A stretch of 64,000 nucleotides of DNA from Escherichia coli O157:H7 (GCF_013167455.1 NZ_CP038328.1), one strand, 5' to 3'. Shown: positions 21,300 through 38,501, numbered from the stretch's first letter. The notes: a model not told the origin generated them from the sequence alone. Numbers and translations: made by a program.

Positions 21300-21404
21300 C
21301 GGTAACTCCTTTTGTCTGTGGTTTAAAGTATGGTAGTGCGTTGCTGAACAAAAAAAAAGCCGCTAACGAAAAGTTAGCGGCTTGTAAAAGAGTTTCCCTG
21401 AATT

Positions 21405-22907
21405 TTACGCTACGGCTGCTTTCGCCGCTTTGTCTGCAGCGTCATCCTGCGTCATGCGGTGCAGTTTCGGCGCGGTCAGCAGCATCAGTACTGCAATAAC
21501 GGCAGTAGCGACACCAATCTGCAAGAATACGCGACCATAGACTTCCAGTGACATCAGCGGATCGGTAACGTTATCCGGCACAGCCATCATACCCGCAACA
21601 TAACCACCAATCAGGTTTGCACCGGCAGTGGTCAGGAACCAGCTACCCATAATGAAGCCCATCAGACGCTGCGGAACGAGTTGTGCAACCATTGCCAGAC
21701 CCAGACCAGAGATCATCAGTTCCCCGATACTCTGCAGGCCATAGCTCGCGACCAGCCAGCTTACAGACACGATACCTGCGTCAGACGCGAATTTCGCACC
21801 CAGCGGCAGAATCAGGAACGCACCAGAACACATCACCATACCGATTGCAAACTTGGTTGGCATCGGCAGGGTATCGCCCATCTTGTTATAGATAGCGGCC
21901 AGAATCGGGCTACCAATGATGATCCAGAACGGGTTCAGTGCCTGATACTGCTCAGGTTCTACGGCCAGGCCCAGAATGGTATGTTCAACGTTACGAATCG
22001 CAAAGAAGTTCAGTGACGTTGGCATCTGGCTGTACAGCACGAAGAAGATAATGGCTTCGAGCATCAGGATGAAGGCAACGATCATTTTACGACGCGCAGC
22101 ACCTTTCATCGCGAAGGCTTCTTTACCGAAGATAACCACGATACCGAAGGCAACAACGCCCAGCGCCATACGCGCAACTTCCTGATTGTGCAGCAGCCAG
22201 GTGGCGATAGCGATCAGTGCCACAACACCAATAATGGTCAGCAGCAGGTTACGGTAGTTGATAGGCTCGAAGTCTGGTTTTGAACCGTACTGTTTAACCC
22301 AGCGTTGGCAGAAGGCGAAGTTAACGATAGTGATCAGCAGGCCTACAACGCTCAACGCAAACGCAACACTCCAGCCGTATTTCGCGGCCAGCCACGGGGT
22401 GGCGATCATAGAGAAGAAAGAGCCGATGTTGACGGACATGTAGTACATGGTGAATGCACCGTCCAGACGCGGGTCGTTTTTCTCATAGCATGTAGAAAGC
22501 AGAGAAGACGGGTTAGCTTTAAACAGGCCGTTACCGACCGCAATAGCCGCCATACCCATATAAACGATACCGGCGTCGTGACCAGACCAGGCAACCAGAG
22601 CATAACCAATCGCCAGCACAATAGCGCCGAGCATAATTACGCGTTTAGTACCCAGTACCTTGTCACCTAACCAGCCGCCGATAGCGACCAGACCATAAAC
22701 CAGGGCACTAAAGGAAGAGAAAAGGGTGATTGAATCCGCTTCAGACATACCCAGTTGTTTAACCAGGTAAACAGCCATAATTCCTTGTAGGCCGTAATAA
22801 CCAAAACGTTCCCATAACTCAATCGAGAAGATGAGATAGAACGCCTTCGGTTGTTTGAAAGCGTTCAAACTGACGCTTTCAGTTGGTTTTTGGTTTGCAG
22901 TGGACAC
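21405..22907 (-). CDS. dtpA: Proton-dependent di/tripeptide permease DtpA (TppB/YdgR), 500 aa
   Basis: ORF track 500 aa; POT/PTR2-family MFS transporter. Confidence 0.9.
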
Positions 22908-23491
22908 TTTTACCTCTTTTTTTACATCCCATATTAACGGGGGTGCTTTCTCGCGTTATGTCTAAAAAACATACGCGCAATTGTTATAGTGGGAGGGGAA
23001 ACGGCAGGTAATGTTCACTATCTTGCACTTTCAGACAAGTCCTTTGTAATAATCTGTTACATATAACTGAGGCGGGGAATTCAACCATTCCGGGAAATGT
23101 TATCCAGCGTTAAATTTTTCAAAAAACGTAACGGCAGATTTTTTCACTGCATTGAGAGGGGGATGATGGCTTGACGGCGATATGTTCTGCTATTTAGCGT
23201 TTTTCCTAGTGAGATAGTCCAGTTTCTTAAAAATAGCCAGTGTAATGTTTTGCAGGTCAATATTTGTTGCGTGTGTAAATTTAAATGATTTTAACCTGAT
23301 TCTTGCAATGTTTTTACATTGCCACAGCATCGTGATCTTGATCACTAATGAATAGAAAATTTCGCTATTAAAAAAACAATTAACCTGCATTTTTGGTTAT
23401 CCGCAAACGGATTACCTGATGATAACGCTAAGCAATGGCATCATTGACGTTAAAAAGATGTTTTAAAAGAGGATAAAGAAAGGTTATCAAT

Positions 23492-23520
23492 GGGGTAATC
23501 GGTGTTACCCCTTTTCTTCA
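23492..23520 (+). terminator. Terminator-like hairpin at nth 3' end; canonical only in plus-strand orientation
   Basis: GGGGTAA-TCGGTG-TTACCCC followed by TTTTCTTCA on the plus strand; overlaps nth stop (23518-23520). In the minus orientation the U-tract is not adjacent. Confidence 0.45.
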
Positions 23521-24153
23521 GATGTCAACTTTCTCTTTGTATTCACAAAGATCTTCAATAATACAAGAGCCACAGCGGGGCTTGCGGGCAATGCAGGTAT
23601 AACGCCCGTGCAGGATCAACCAATGGTGGCAGTCGACTTTAAACTCTGCCGGAACCACTTTCAGTAGCTTTTCTTCTACCTGTTCGACGTTTTTCCCCGG
23701 CGCAAATTGAGTACGATTACAAACGCGGAAAATGTGCGTGTCGACAGCAATAGTCGGCCAGCCGAATGCAGTGTTTAATACGACGTTGGCTGTTTTACGA
23801 CCTACGCCGGGCAGGGCTTCAAGCGCAGCACGATCTTCCGGAACCTCGCTATTATGCTGCTCCAGTAAGATACGGCAGGTTTTGATGATATTTTCTGCTT
23901 TGCTGTTATAAAGCCCAATCGTTTTGATATAGGTTTTCACCCCTTCAACGCCCAGTTCAAGCATCGCTGCAGGCGTATTCGCCACCGGGTAGAGTTTCGC
24001 CGTCGCCTTATTAACACTGACATCGGTTGCCTGAGCGGAAAGCAGTACGGCAATCAGCAATTCAAAAGGCGAACTGAAATTAAGCTCAGTGGTGGGATGA
24101 GGATTGTTCTCACGCAGGCGAGTGAGGATCTCCAGGCGTTTTGCTTTGTTCAT
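23518..24153 (-). CDS. nth: Endonuclease III (DNA glycosylase/AP lyase) Nth, 211 aa
   Basis: ORF track 211 aa; HhH motif and C-terminal 4Fe-4S Cys cluster (CIARKPRCGSCIIEDLC); start overlaps rsxE stop (TGATG). Confidence 0.9.
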   Translation of the reverse strand: MNKAKRLEILTRLRENNPHPTTELNFSSPFELLIAVLLSAQATDVSVNKATAKLYPVANTPAAMLELGVEGVKTYIKTIGLYNSKAENIIKTCRILLEQHNSEVPEDRAALEALPGVGRKTANVVLNTAFGWPTIAVDTHIFRVCNRTQFAPGKNVEQVEEKLLKVVPAEFKVDCHHWLILHGRYTCIARKPRCGSCIIEDLCEYKEKVDI

Positions 24154-24848
24154 CAGACATTCCCTGTTTCACCGTTTGGCAATGCACGTTCGGCAGCTGC
24201 TTCAGTACGGCGCTTTTTCATTCTTTCATCAATCAGGTATTTTCCTGCCAGCATCAGTCCCAGGCCAATAAATGCACCTGGTGGCAGCATCGCCAGCAGG
24301 AAAGGGGAGTCGGTGTGGAAAATCTCCACGCGTAATACTTTTGCCCAGCTACCTAACAGCGCATCTGCACCGTCAAACAATGTGCCATTGCCGATAATTT
24401 CGCGTAGTGAACCCAGCACGAACATGGCGCAGGTTGCGCCCATACCAATTGAAAAGCCGTCCAGTGCCGAAAGCGCCGGACCTTTTTTGGCAGCGAAGGC
24501 TTCAGCGCGGCCCACAACGATACAGTTAGTGACAATCAGCGGAATAAAAATCCCTAATGATTGATACAGGCCAAAGGCGTAGGCGTTGATCAGCATCTGT
24601 ACAGCGCTGACCACCGAGGCGATGATCATCACGTAAATGGGAATGCGGATCTCGGCTGGCGTCCAGTGACGCAGCGTCGAAATGGTCAGGTTGGTCAGCG
24701 TCAGTACCAGCGTAGTCGCAAGTCCTAAACCCAGAGCGTTAGTGGCAGTAGACGTGACAGCCAACAGAGGACAAAGGCCGAGCAACTGGACCAGCGCAGA
24801 GTTGTTTTTCCACAACCCCTGAACAATAACGTCTTTAATTTCGCTCAC
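24153..24848 (-). CDS. rsxE: Rsx/Rnf electron transport complex subunit RsxE, 231 aa
   Basis: ORF track 231 aa; polytopic membrane protein. Confidence 0.9.
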
Positions 24849-24851
24849 GCT

Positions 24852-25472
24852 TTATTCTCCACAGGCAGGAAGTTGAGAAAGTTGTTCCGGTAACGTCTGA
24901 GCGTACAATCCGGCGCGTTTTACCGCATTAACCACCGCGCGGGGAGTAATCGTCGCGCCGGTGAACTGGTCGAAATTACCACCATCTTTCTTCACCGCCC
25001 AGTGCGCATCATCCGCACCACTGATTTTTTTACCCGCAAAATGGGTGATCCAGTCAGAAAGGCGCAGTTCGATTTTATCGCCAAGCCCTGGCGTTTCGTG
25101 GTGCTCTGTCACGCGCGTGCCAAGTACCGTGCCGTTAAAATCGGCTCCCACCAGCAGCTGAATCGCACCGGAATAGCCATCTGGCGCGGTTGCTTCCAGA
25201 ACGGCGGCTACCGGTTTGTCATCCTGTTTGGCGATGTAAACCCGATGCTCACCTTTACCTAACTCTGGCGCAGTTACCAGATAGCAACTCTGTGCCAGCG
25301 CATTGTTATAGCGTTCGGCTGGCAGCACCTGATCAAATAAAGCCTTTTGTTGCAGACTGGCCTGTTCAGCAATCGTCGTTTTGGTCATCTGGTTGATGGC
25401 CGCAGTTAACCCTGTTGAACCCGCTGCAAATAGCGCCAACGTAATGCCGTGTTTTCGGATAGTTTTCAGCAT
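24852..25472 (-). CDS. rsxG: Rsx/Rnf complex subunit RsxG, 206 aa
   Basis: ORF track 206 aa; FMN-binding-domain protein. Confidence 0.9.
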   Translation of the reverse strand: MLKTIRKHGITLALFAAGSTGLTAAINQMTKTTIAEQASLQQKALFDQVLPAERYNNALAQSCYLVTAPELGKGEHRVYIAKQDDKPVAAVLEATAPDGYSGAIQLLVGADFNGTVLGTRVTEHHETPGLGDKIELRLSDWITHFAGKKISGADDAHWAVKKDGGNFDQFTGATITPRAVVNAVKRAGLYAQTLPEQLSQLPACGE

Positions 25473-25475
25473 GGT

Positions 25476-26534
25476 TTACCCTTTGCGATGGCCGTAGACG
25501 CGCGGACGCGTGTAGTAATCGATCAGAGGAACCGTGATGTTCGCCAGCAGGACGGCAAAAGCCACGCCGTCAGGATAGCCGCCGAAACTGCGGATCAACC
25601 AGACTAATAAGCCCGCAAGCGCGCCGAAAATAAGACGACCACGATTGGTCGTAGAAGCGGTAACCGGGTCAGTCAAAATAAAGAATGCGCCGAGCATGGT
25701 CGCTCCAGACAGCAGATGAATTTGCGGTGCTGCCAGTGTTTCTGGTGAGAACAACCAGCCCAACGTTGCGCATAACGCCAGCGTTACTAAGAAGCTGAGG
25801 GGAATATGCCAGCGAATCGCTTTCTGCCATAGCAACCATACGCCGCCAGCCAGCCAGGCGAGATTTACCCATTGCCAACCAGCGCCCGCCAGAATACCGC
25901 TGTAGATCGGATATTGCATAATCTGTTCAACCGAATGACCGGCACGGACAGAGGTTTTAAATGTATCCAGCGGTGTCGCCTGACTAATGCCATCAATACC
26001 TAAGCGTAGTGTGTTCATATCACCACCACTGGCGGTATGCCCGCTGAAAATAACCTGTATGGCGTCGATAAAACCAGGGATGTTGACCGCAATTTCATGT
26101 GGCGGTAACCAGCTGGTCATCTGCACCGGGAAGGAGATCAGTAAGACCACATAACCAATCATTGCCGGATTAAACGGGTTTTGCCCCAGACCGCCATACA
26201 ACTGTTTAGCGATGATAACCGCAAACACCGTACCCAGCACGACCATCCACCATGGCGCGAGGGGGGGAATACTTACCGCCAGCAATAAGCCTGTCAGCAA
26301 TGCTGAGTTATCTTTCAACGTGGCGGCTACCGACTGCTTGCGTAGTTTGAGTACGAGAGCTTCGGCTAACAGAGCACTAACCGATGCCAACAGGATCTGA
26401 ACGAGAGTACCCCAACCAAAAAACCACAGTTGCGCTGCGATTCCTGGCACGGCTGCGAGCAACACCAACAGCATAATGCGCGATGTCTGGCGCTGGTTAT
26501 GGGTATAAGGGGAGCTAGCTATTCTGAATACCAT
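25476..26534 (-). CDS. rsxD: Rsx/Rnf complex subunit RsxD, 352 aa
   Basis: ORF track 352 aa; polytopic membrane protein. Confidence 0.9.
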   Translation of the reverse strand: MVFRIASSPYTHNQRQTSRIMLLVLLAAVPGIAAQLWFFGWGTLVQILLASVSALLAEALVLKLRKQSVAATLKDNSALLTGLLLAVSIPPLAPWWMVVLGTVFAVIIAKQLYGGLGQNPFNPAMIGYVVLLISFPVQMTSWLPPHEIAVNIPGFIDAIQVIFSGHTASGGDMNTLRLGIDGISQATPLDTFKTSVRAGHSVEQIMQYPIYSGILAGAGWQWVNLAWLAGGVWLLWQKAIRWHIPLSFLVTLALCATLGWLFSPETLAAPQIHLLSGATMLGAFFILTDPVTASTTNRGRLIFGALAGLLVWLIRSFGGYPDGVAFAVLLANITVPLIDYYTRPRVYGHRKG

Positions 26535-29423
<2,889 letters not shown>

Positions 29424-29424
<1 letters not shown>

Positions 29425-30005
29425 TACAACTTCACCAAACCACTAAAGCCCATAAAGGCCAGAGACATAAGACCTGCGGTAATTAACGCAATGGCATTAC
29501 CGCGAAAAGGTGCCGGGACATCAGCCACAGCAAGGCGTTCGCGGATGGCTGCGAAGAGAACCATCACCAGCGAAAAACCGACAGCGGCGGAAAAACCGTA
29601 CAGCGCCGACTGCAAGAAATTGTGCCCGAGATTGATATTCAGCAACGCCACGCCGAGCACGGCACAGTTGGTGGTGATAAGCGGCAAAAAAATCCCCAGC
29701 AAACGGTAAAGCACCGGGCTGGTTTTGCGCACCACCATCTCGGTGAACTGCACGACCACAGCAATCACCAGAATAAATGCCAGGGTGCGCAGGTAAATCA
29801 GATTAAGTGGGATCAAAATCCACGTATCGATAAGCCAGGCGCAAATAGACGCCAGCGTCATCACAAACGTTGTTGCCAGCCCCATGCCCATCGCGGTTTC
29901 CAGCTTTTTGGAAACCCCCATAAACGGACAGAGACCGAGAAACTTGACCAGTACAAAGTTATTGACCAGTACAGTTCCGACAAACAGTAACAGGTAGTCA
30001 GTCAT
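29424..30005 (-). CDS. rsxA: Rsx/Rnf complex subunit RsxA, 193 aa
   Basis: ORF track 193 aa; polytopic membrane protein; first gene of rsxABCDGE-nth. Confidence 0.9.
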
Positions 30006-30081
30006 TTTTCGGCCTGAAATAAAAAAGCCGCCTATTATCCGTTAATCCAGAGCAGGCGACAACAGGTTAACTGTAAGGTTA

Positions 30082-30522
30082 TTACGGATTCACAAACGTC
30101 GCTTTCACCCGCGACGAGCGTTTGAAATAGGGGACGATCAATGCGGTTGCCAACAAAGTAAACAGCAACTGGCGAACGGCTATGCCATCTTCCACGGGTG
30201 AAAAAGCGAACGCTTTTACCGCCAGCAATACGGAAATAAGCAGCCAGATAATATAGTGTTTAGGAACACAACGCCGACGTTTAAAGAAAGCGATGGTCAA
30301 CCACAGTGTGTAATACCACATGGCGATAGCGGTAATAAAAGAAACGCCCCATAAGATTTGTGTCGTCAGTGCTTGTGCGCCGAGCGTTTGAAATGTTTGC
30401 GGAGAAGATAACGCAGCGGTATACAGCAACAACGCCAGCGTCGTACTTAACAGAGCGACTAAAAGCCAGGCCAACGGGCCAAGCAACCAGCCTCCAATAC
30501 GTTGTGGCGTTGTGGTGGTCAT
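30082..30522 (-). CDS. ydgK: Inner-membrane protein YdgK, 146 aa
   Basis: ORF track 154 aa; recalled start MTTTTPQRIGGWLLGPLAW at internal Met (30522). Confidence 0.75.
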   Translation of the reverse strand: MTTTTPQRIGGWLLGPLAWLLVALLSTTLALLLYTAALSSPQTFQTLGAQALTTQILWGVSFITAIAMWYYTLWLTIAFFKRRRCVPKHYIIWLLISVLLAVKAFAFSPVEDGIAVRQLLFTLLATALIVPYFKRSSRVKATFVNP

Positions 30523-30607
30523 AGGTTCTCCAGAATAGCGACGCAAACAGGCAAATCTAATTTTAGGGGCGTTATTATAAGGCTTTTATAACCGATCGCT
30601 ACTTTCT

Positions 30608-30823
30608 TTATTGAACATAGTGCCAGACGGACTTCGGTACCTGGCCGAGGTCAAACAAACGCCCGCCAGAAACCAGCTCTGCGCGACGGTGATCGGCAGC
30701 ACGATACATATTGATCAGTTCCTGATCGTCCGTCAGGGTGTAATTAAGATGGTCGTAGAGTTTTTCCAGACTTTCGAGTGAACTGATTTTGCGAAATTTT
30801 AATAAGTAGTCCTGAACAGTCAT
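30608..30823 (-). CDS. cnu: Hha/YmoA-family H-NS-binding modulator Cnu (YdgT), 71 aa
   Basis: ORF track 71 aa ([71 protein letters not shown]). Confidence 0.9.
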
Positions 30824-31095
30824 AAAAGGTCCATAAAATAATTAATACCAAAGGGGTAGGTATTATTAGTGATGATAAAATTTCACCAAAAGTGAACGCT
30901 TGTGTTATTACAATAATAAGAATGCGCTGATGGCAAATATTCAGGGATGAAAAACTGCTATGAAAAGAGTAACGCGCTTTACTATCCCTGACAATCACCA
31001 ACAACACCGAACAAGATAATAAATTCCTGGTTTAATATCCGACAAGTGAAAACATGCACCCTGACGGGCAGCATGTCGCTCTACAAGCGCAGGGC

Positions 31096-31221
31096 TTACT
31101 TGTGTTGTACCGTAGTACTCTGTTCAGGTGGCTGATAGTTGTCAATGTGACTCGCCACGCCAAGAAGAATGACTGAAACGACAAGAACGATCCAACCTGT
31201 TAATTCAATAAGACGATTCAT
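31096..31221 (-). CDS. blr: Small membrane protein Blr (beta-lactam resistance / divisome-associated), 41 aa
   Basis: Manual translation of reverse strand: MNRLIELTGWIVLVVSVILLGVASHIDNYQPPEQSTTVQHK*; single TM helix; position between cnu and ydgJ matches recalled K-12 blr. Below the ORF-track length cutoff. Confidence 0.75.
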   Translation of the reverse strand: MNRLIELTGWIVLVVSVILLGVASHIDNYQPPEQSTTVQHK

Positions 31222-31463
31222 TACAACTCACATCTCTGTTGATTGATCCATTAACTTCAGGGGGTAAATGTTACTTAGCAATAATAGCTCCAGCAAGATT
31301 TTTACTGAGGTTTTTGCGATATTTAGCTTTTGTCGTTGGAAAAATCGCTATTTTTTTGACTTAAGTTAAACAACATCCCTTATTGCTGGCAGGTTATTAA
31401 ACTGTTGAGCGAGGGTAAAGGATAGTGTCAAATAGCCATCATACTTCAATGAGAGGCAATGAC

Positions 31464-32504
31464 ATGAGCGACAACATCCGTGTTGGGTTGATTGGGTATG
31501 GTTATGCGAGCAAAACCTTCCATGCGCCCCTGATTGCGGGCACACCCGGGCTGGAACTGGCGGTAATCTCCAGCAGTGATGAAACAAAAGTAAAAGCCGA
31601 CTGGCCAACGGTTACGGTTGTCTCTGAGCCGAAGCATCTGTTTAACGATCCCAACATAGACCTGATTGTCATTCCTACACCCAACGATACCCATTTCCCG
31701 TTAGCCAAAGCAGCGCTTGAGGCGGGTAAACATGTGGTCGTTGATAAACCCTTTACCGTGACACTGTCACAAGCGCGAGAGCTGGATGCGCTGGCAAAAA
31801 GCCTGGGGCGTGTTCTGTCTGTATTCCATAACCGTCGTTGGGATAGCGATTTCTTGACGCTAAAAGGTTTGCTCGCGGAAGGCGTGCTGGGTGAAGTTGC
31901 TTACTTTGAGTCTCATTTTGACCGCTTCCGTCCGCAGGTGCGCGATCGTTGGCGTGAACAGGGCGGCCCAGGCAGCGGTATCTGGTACGATTTAGCACCA
32001 CATCTTCTTGATCAGGCCATTACGCTATTTGGTTTACCGGTCAGCATGACGGTAGATTTGGCACAGTTACGGCCCGGAGCGCAGTCGACCGATTATTTCC
32101 ACGCCATCTTGTCCTATCCACAGCGGCGAGTCATTTTACACGGTACCATGCTGGCAGCCGCTGAGTCAGCACGGTATATCGTGCATGGATCCCGAGGCAG
32201 TTATGTGAAATATGGCCTCGATCCACAGGAAGAACGTCTGAAAAATGGCGAGCGTCTGCCGCAGGAAGACTGGGGCTACGATATGCGTGATGGCGTACTT
32301 ACCCGCGTGGAAGGTGAGGAACGTGTCGAAGAAACGCTGTTGACGGTGCCTGGGAATTATCCGGCTTACTATGCGGCGATTCGTGATGCGTTAAATGGCG
32401 ATGGTGAAAATCCGGTTCCGGCAAGCCAGGCAATCCAGGTAATGGAGTTGATTGAGCTGGGCATCGAATCCGCCAAACATCGCGCGACTTTGTGCCTTGC
32501 ATGA
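31464..32504 (+). CDS. ydgJ: Gfo/Idh/MocA-family oxidoreductase YdgJ, 346 aa
   Basis: ORF track 359 aa; recalled start MSDNIRVGLIGYGYASK (31464) with Rossmann GxGxxS motif. Confidence 0.85.
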   Translation: MSDNIRVGLIGYGYASKTFHAPLIAGTPGLELAVISSSDETKVKADWPTVTVVSEPKHLFNDPNIDLIVIPTPNDTHFPLAKAALEAGKHVVVDKPFTVTLSQARELDALAKSLGRVLSVFHNRRWDSDFLTLKGLLAEGVLGEVAYFESHFDRFRPQVRDRWREQGGPGSGIWYDLAPHLLDQAITLFGLPVSMTVDLAQLRPGAQSTDYFHAILSYPQRRVILHGTMLAAAESARYIVHGSRGSYVKYGLDPQEERLKNGERLPQEDWGYDMRDGVLTRVEGEERVEETLLTVPGNYPAYYAAIRDALNGDGENPVPASQAIQVMELIELGIESAKHRATLCLA

Positions 32505-32539
32505 AAAATGGATGGTGCAATTTGCACCATCCATTTTTG
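32503..32539. terminator. Bidirectional intrinsic terminator between convergent ydgJ and add
   Basis: Long palindrome AAAAATGGATGGTGCAA / TTGCACCATCCATTTTT, with an A-tract on one side and a T-tract on the other. Confidence 0.7.
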
Positions 32540-33541
32540 TTACTTCGCTGCGACTTTTTCTCGCAGTGCGCGTTTTTCCTCTGCGTTGAGGAAAGCCATT
32601 TCCAGACCATTAATCTGTGCCTGGCGGATTTGCTCGCGGGATAACCCAGCAGCTGGCGCGGCAACGGTATATTCGTGAATGATATCCACTCCCTGTACGC
32701 CGGGATCGTCAGTGTTAATGCTGGCACGAATGCCATGCTCAAGGAACGTTTTCAGCGGATGTGCAGCCAGCTCTGCCACGGTGCTGGTCTGAATATTGGA
32801 GGTCAGACAGGATTCAATACCAATTTGTTGCTCGGCGAGAAAATCCATCAGCGCCCGATCTTCAATGGCTTTTACGCCATGTCCAATGCGCTCTGCCCCC
32901 AGTTCACGAATCGCCTGCCAGATGCTTTCCGGCCCGGCAGCTTCGCCTGCATGGACGGTAATATGCCAGCCCGCATCACGCGCGCGGTTGAAGTGAGAAA
33001 GAAACAGACTTCCCGGGAAACCAAGTTCATCACCGGCTAAATCAAGTGCGGTAATCTGGTCACGGTGGGCTAAAAAGGCCTCCAGCTCTTGCTGACAGGC
33101 GGCTTCGCCGAAGGTTCGGCTCATAATGCCGATAAGCTTCGCCTGCACACCAAAGGTGCGGCAACCTTCACGTACGCCATCGATCACCGCTTCAACAACA
33201 CCTGCAACAGGCAGCTGATGTGCCATTGCCATGTAGCCTGGTGAAAAACGCAGCTCGACATAGTGCAGGCCGTTACGGGCTGCATCTTCAATGTTTTCAA
33301 ATGCCACGCGGCGACAAGCATCAAGAGAGGCGAGAACTTTAACGCCCCAGTCAAGTTTGGTCAGAAAGCTCACCAGATCGGGTTCGTTGGCAATGACCTG
33401 AACGTGGGGAATCAGTGTTTCCAGGGATTGTGCAGGAAGCGAGATATTATACTGGCGGCCAAGTTCAAGAATGGTCTGGGGACGAATGTTGCCATCAAGG
33501 TGGCGATGGATATCAGTTAATGGCAGGGTGGTATCAATCAT
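32540..33541 (-). CDS. add: Adenosine deaminase Add, 333 aa
   Basis: ORF track 333 aa ([28 protein letters not shown]...), metal-dependent hydrolase motifs. Confidence 0.9.
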   Translation of the reverse strand: MIDTTLPLTDIHRHLDGNIRPQTILELGRQYNISLPAQSLETLIPHVQVIANEPDLVSFLTKLDWGVKVLASLDACRRVAFENIEDAARNGLHYVELRFSPGYMAMAHQLPVAGVVEAVIDGVREGCRTFGVQAKLIGIMSRTFGEAACQQELEAFLAHRDQITALDLAGDELGFPGSLFLSHFNRARDAGWHITVHAGEAAGPESIWQAIRELGAERIGHGVKAIEDRALMDFLAEQQIGIESCLTSNIQTSTVAELAAHPLKTFLEHGIRASINTDDPGVQGVDIIHEYTVAAPAAGLSREQIRQAQINGLEMAFLNAEEKRALREKVAAK

Positions 33542-33644
33542 GGTCGCACTCTTTTTCTGGATATAAAAGTGCGCACCATTATAAAAACAAAGCAGGGTAA
33601 AAATCCACGATTGCGCAACGATTTTTTACGTTGCGCAATTGGGG

Positions 33645-34817
33645 TTAGCGAACAGCGCGGATGGCGTTAATTAATCCAGCCACACCTTTTTCCAGTTTCG
33701 AACGTGGGCAGCCGGCATTGAGTCGGACAAAACCACGACCTTCTTCACCGTAGGTATACCCCGGCATGATCGCGACTTTTTCTTGTTCGATAAGTGCTTT
33801 TTGCAACGCGTTGTCGTCAATATTCAACGGACGTAAATCAAGCCAGGCCAGATAAGTGGATTGCGGGATCTGCCAGTTGAGTTCAGGAAACGCGGCGTTC
33901 ATTTTATCTGCGATATACGTCAGGTTATCTTTCAGATAGACGCGTAAGGCATCCAGCCACGGTGCACCTTGCTGATAGGCGGCGATATGGGCAGTTAACG
34001 CCAGTACCGAAGGGGAAGAAAGCCCATCACGTCCTTTCAGTGCCGATAAATAGGCATCACGGCTGCTGCTATTTTCTATAATCCCGTAAGCACCGGTCAG
34101 CGCGGGAATATTGAAACTTTTCGATCCCGACGTCAGCAACGCCCAGTCTCCCCGCGCCACATTACTCCAGGGAATATGCGGCTGCTCGCCCCAAACCATA
34201 TCCATATGGATTTCATCGGAAATAACCCGCACACCATGACGCTCGCACAGGTCAGCCATGATCTCCAGCTCATCGCACGTCCACACTTTTCCGGTAGGAT
34301 TCTGTGGGCTACACAGGAGCATAATTTTACATTCTGGTTTCGCCAACACGGCTTCCAGCTTGCCCATATCGCAAAACCAGCCGTCAGCCTGCTTCTCTAA
34401 AGCAACGGGCATTACTGTGCGCTGATTACCTTCAATGGCCTTGTAAAATGCGTCATAGGCGGGTGTGTGGATCACCACGCCTTCACCTGTTTCAGACCAC
34501 TGACGAATCAGTTCTGAGACCATATAGATAACAGAAGGGCCATACACCACCGACTGAGGATCGATGGCGGTGTAATGCTGGGTGGAAAACCAGTGGGCAA
34601 TAGCCGCGAGAAACTCATCGTTCTTCCAGCGGCTGTAGCCAAACACGCCGTGCATCAGGCGCTGATTCAGCGCCTCGATAATGCAGGGGGCAGTGGCAAA
34701 ATCCATGTCTGAAATCGTGAAAGGTAACAGGTCAGCAGTGCCGAAACGGTCAGCGACATAATCCCACTGCGTACACCATGTGCCATGACGATCCACGACC
34801 TTTGAAAAATCGAACAT
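33645..34817 (-). CDS. malY: MalY: PLP-dependent cystathionine beta-lyase / maltose-regulon modulator, 390 aa
   Basis: ORF track 390 aa; aminotransferase class I/II fold. Confidence 0.9.
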   Translation of the reverse strand: MFDFSKVVDRHGTWCTQWDYVADRFGTADLLPFTISDMDFATAPCIIEALNQRLMHGVFGYSRWKNDEFLAAIAHWFSTQHYTAIDPQSVVYGPSVIYMVSELIRQWSETGEGVVIHTPAYDAFYKAIEGNQRTVMPVALEKQADGWFCDMGKLEAVLAKPECKIMLLCSPQNPTGKVWTCDELEIMADLCERHGVRVISDEIHMDMVWGEQPHIPWSNVARGDWALLTSGSKSFNIPALTGAYGIIENSSSRDAYLSALKGRDGLSSPSVLALTAHIAAYQQGAPWLDALRVYLKDNLTYIADKMNAAFPELNWQIPQSTYLAWLDLRPLNIDDNALQKALIEQEKVAIMPGYTYGEEGRGFVRLNAGCPRSKLEKGVAGLINAIRAVR

Positions 34818-34826
34818 ATCTTATCC

Positions 34827-36570
<1,744 letters not shown>

Positions 36571-36575
36571 AAATC

Positions 36576-37622
<1,047 letters not shown>

Positions 37623-37733
37623 TCCTCTCTTTATCTGCTATACCTGGTAGTGTCCTTTCCTCAAGTTTAATGATAAAAAATGTGGCACACAGGCGGTGCC
37701 TTTTATTTTTACTGAAGTTCACAGGAGGTTTAT

Positions 37734-38501
37734 GTGTTTAATTCTGACAACCTGAGACTCGACGGAAAATGCGCCATCATCACAGGTGCGGGTGCAGGTA
37801 TTGGTAAAGAAATCGCCATTACATTCGCGACAGCTGGCGCATCTGTGGTGGTCAGTGATATTAACGCCGACGCAGCTAACCATGTTGTAGACGAAATTCA
37901 ACAACTGGGTGGTCAGGCATTTGCCTGCCGTTGTGATATTACTTCCGAACAGGAACTCTCTGCACTGGCAGACTTTGCTATCAGTAAGCTGGGTAAAGTT
38001 GATATTCTGGTTAACAACGCCGGTGGCGGTGGACCTAAACCGTTTGATATGCCAATGGCGGATTTTCGCCGTGCTTATGAACTGAATGTGTTTTCTTTTT
38101 TCCATCTGTCACAACTTGTTGCGCCAGAAATGGAAAAAAATGGCGGTGGCGTTATTCTGACCATCACTTCTATGGCGGCAGAAAATAAAAATATAAACAT
38201 GACTTCCTATGCATCATCTAAAGCTGCGGCCAGTCATCTGGTCAGAAATATGGCATTTGACCTGGGTGAAAAAAATATTCGGGTGAATGGCATTGCGCCG
38301 GGGGCAATATTAACCGATGCCCTGAAATCCGTTATTACACCAGAAATTGAACAAAAAATGTTACAGCACACGCCGATCAGACGTCTGGGCCAACCGCAAG
38401 ATATTGCTAACGCAGCGCTGTTCCTTTGCTCGCCTGCAGCCAGCTGGGTAAGCGGACAAATTCTCACCGTCTCCGGTGGTGGGGTACAGGAGCTCAATTA
38501 A
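37734..38501 (+). CDS. hdhA: 7-alpha-hydroxysteroid dehydrogenase HdhA (SDR family), 255 aa, GTG start
   Basis: ORF track 255 aa; AGGAGG SD at 37723-37728; TGAGAGIG NAD-binding motif; YxxxK catalytic motif. Confidence 0.9.
   Translation: MFNSDNLRLDGKCAIITGAGAGIGKEIAITFATAGASVVVSDINADAANHVVDEIQQLGGQAFACRCDITSEQELSALADFAISKLGKVDILVNNAGGGGPKPFDMPMADFRRAYELNVFSFFHLSQLVAPEMEKNGGGVILTITSMAAENKNINMTSYASSKAAASHLVRNMAFDLGEKNIRVNGIAPGAILTDALKSVITPEIEQKMLQHTPIRRLGQPQDIANAALFLCSPAASWVSGQILTVSGGGVQELN

Noticed and set aside
23190-23390. 66-aa ORF (minus strand) in the dtpA-nth intergenic region
   Set aside because: AT-rich low-complexity translation with no SD, lying in a promoter/regulatory region; no support beyond being an open frame.
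30744-31007. 87-aa ORF overlapping the cnu start and upstream region
   Set aside because: Overlaps the cnu coding start in another frame, no SD, Ile/Ser-rich low-complexity sequence; probably spurious.
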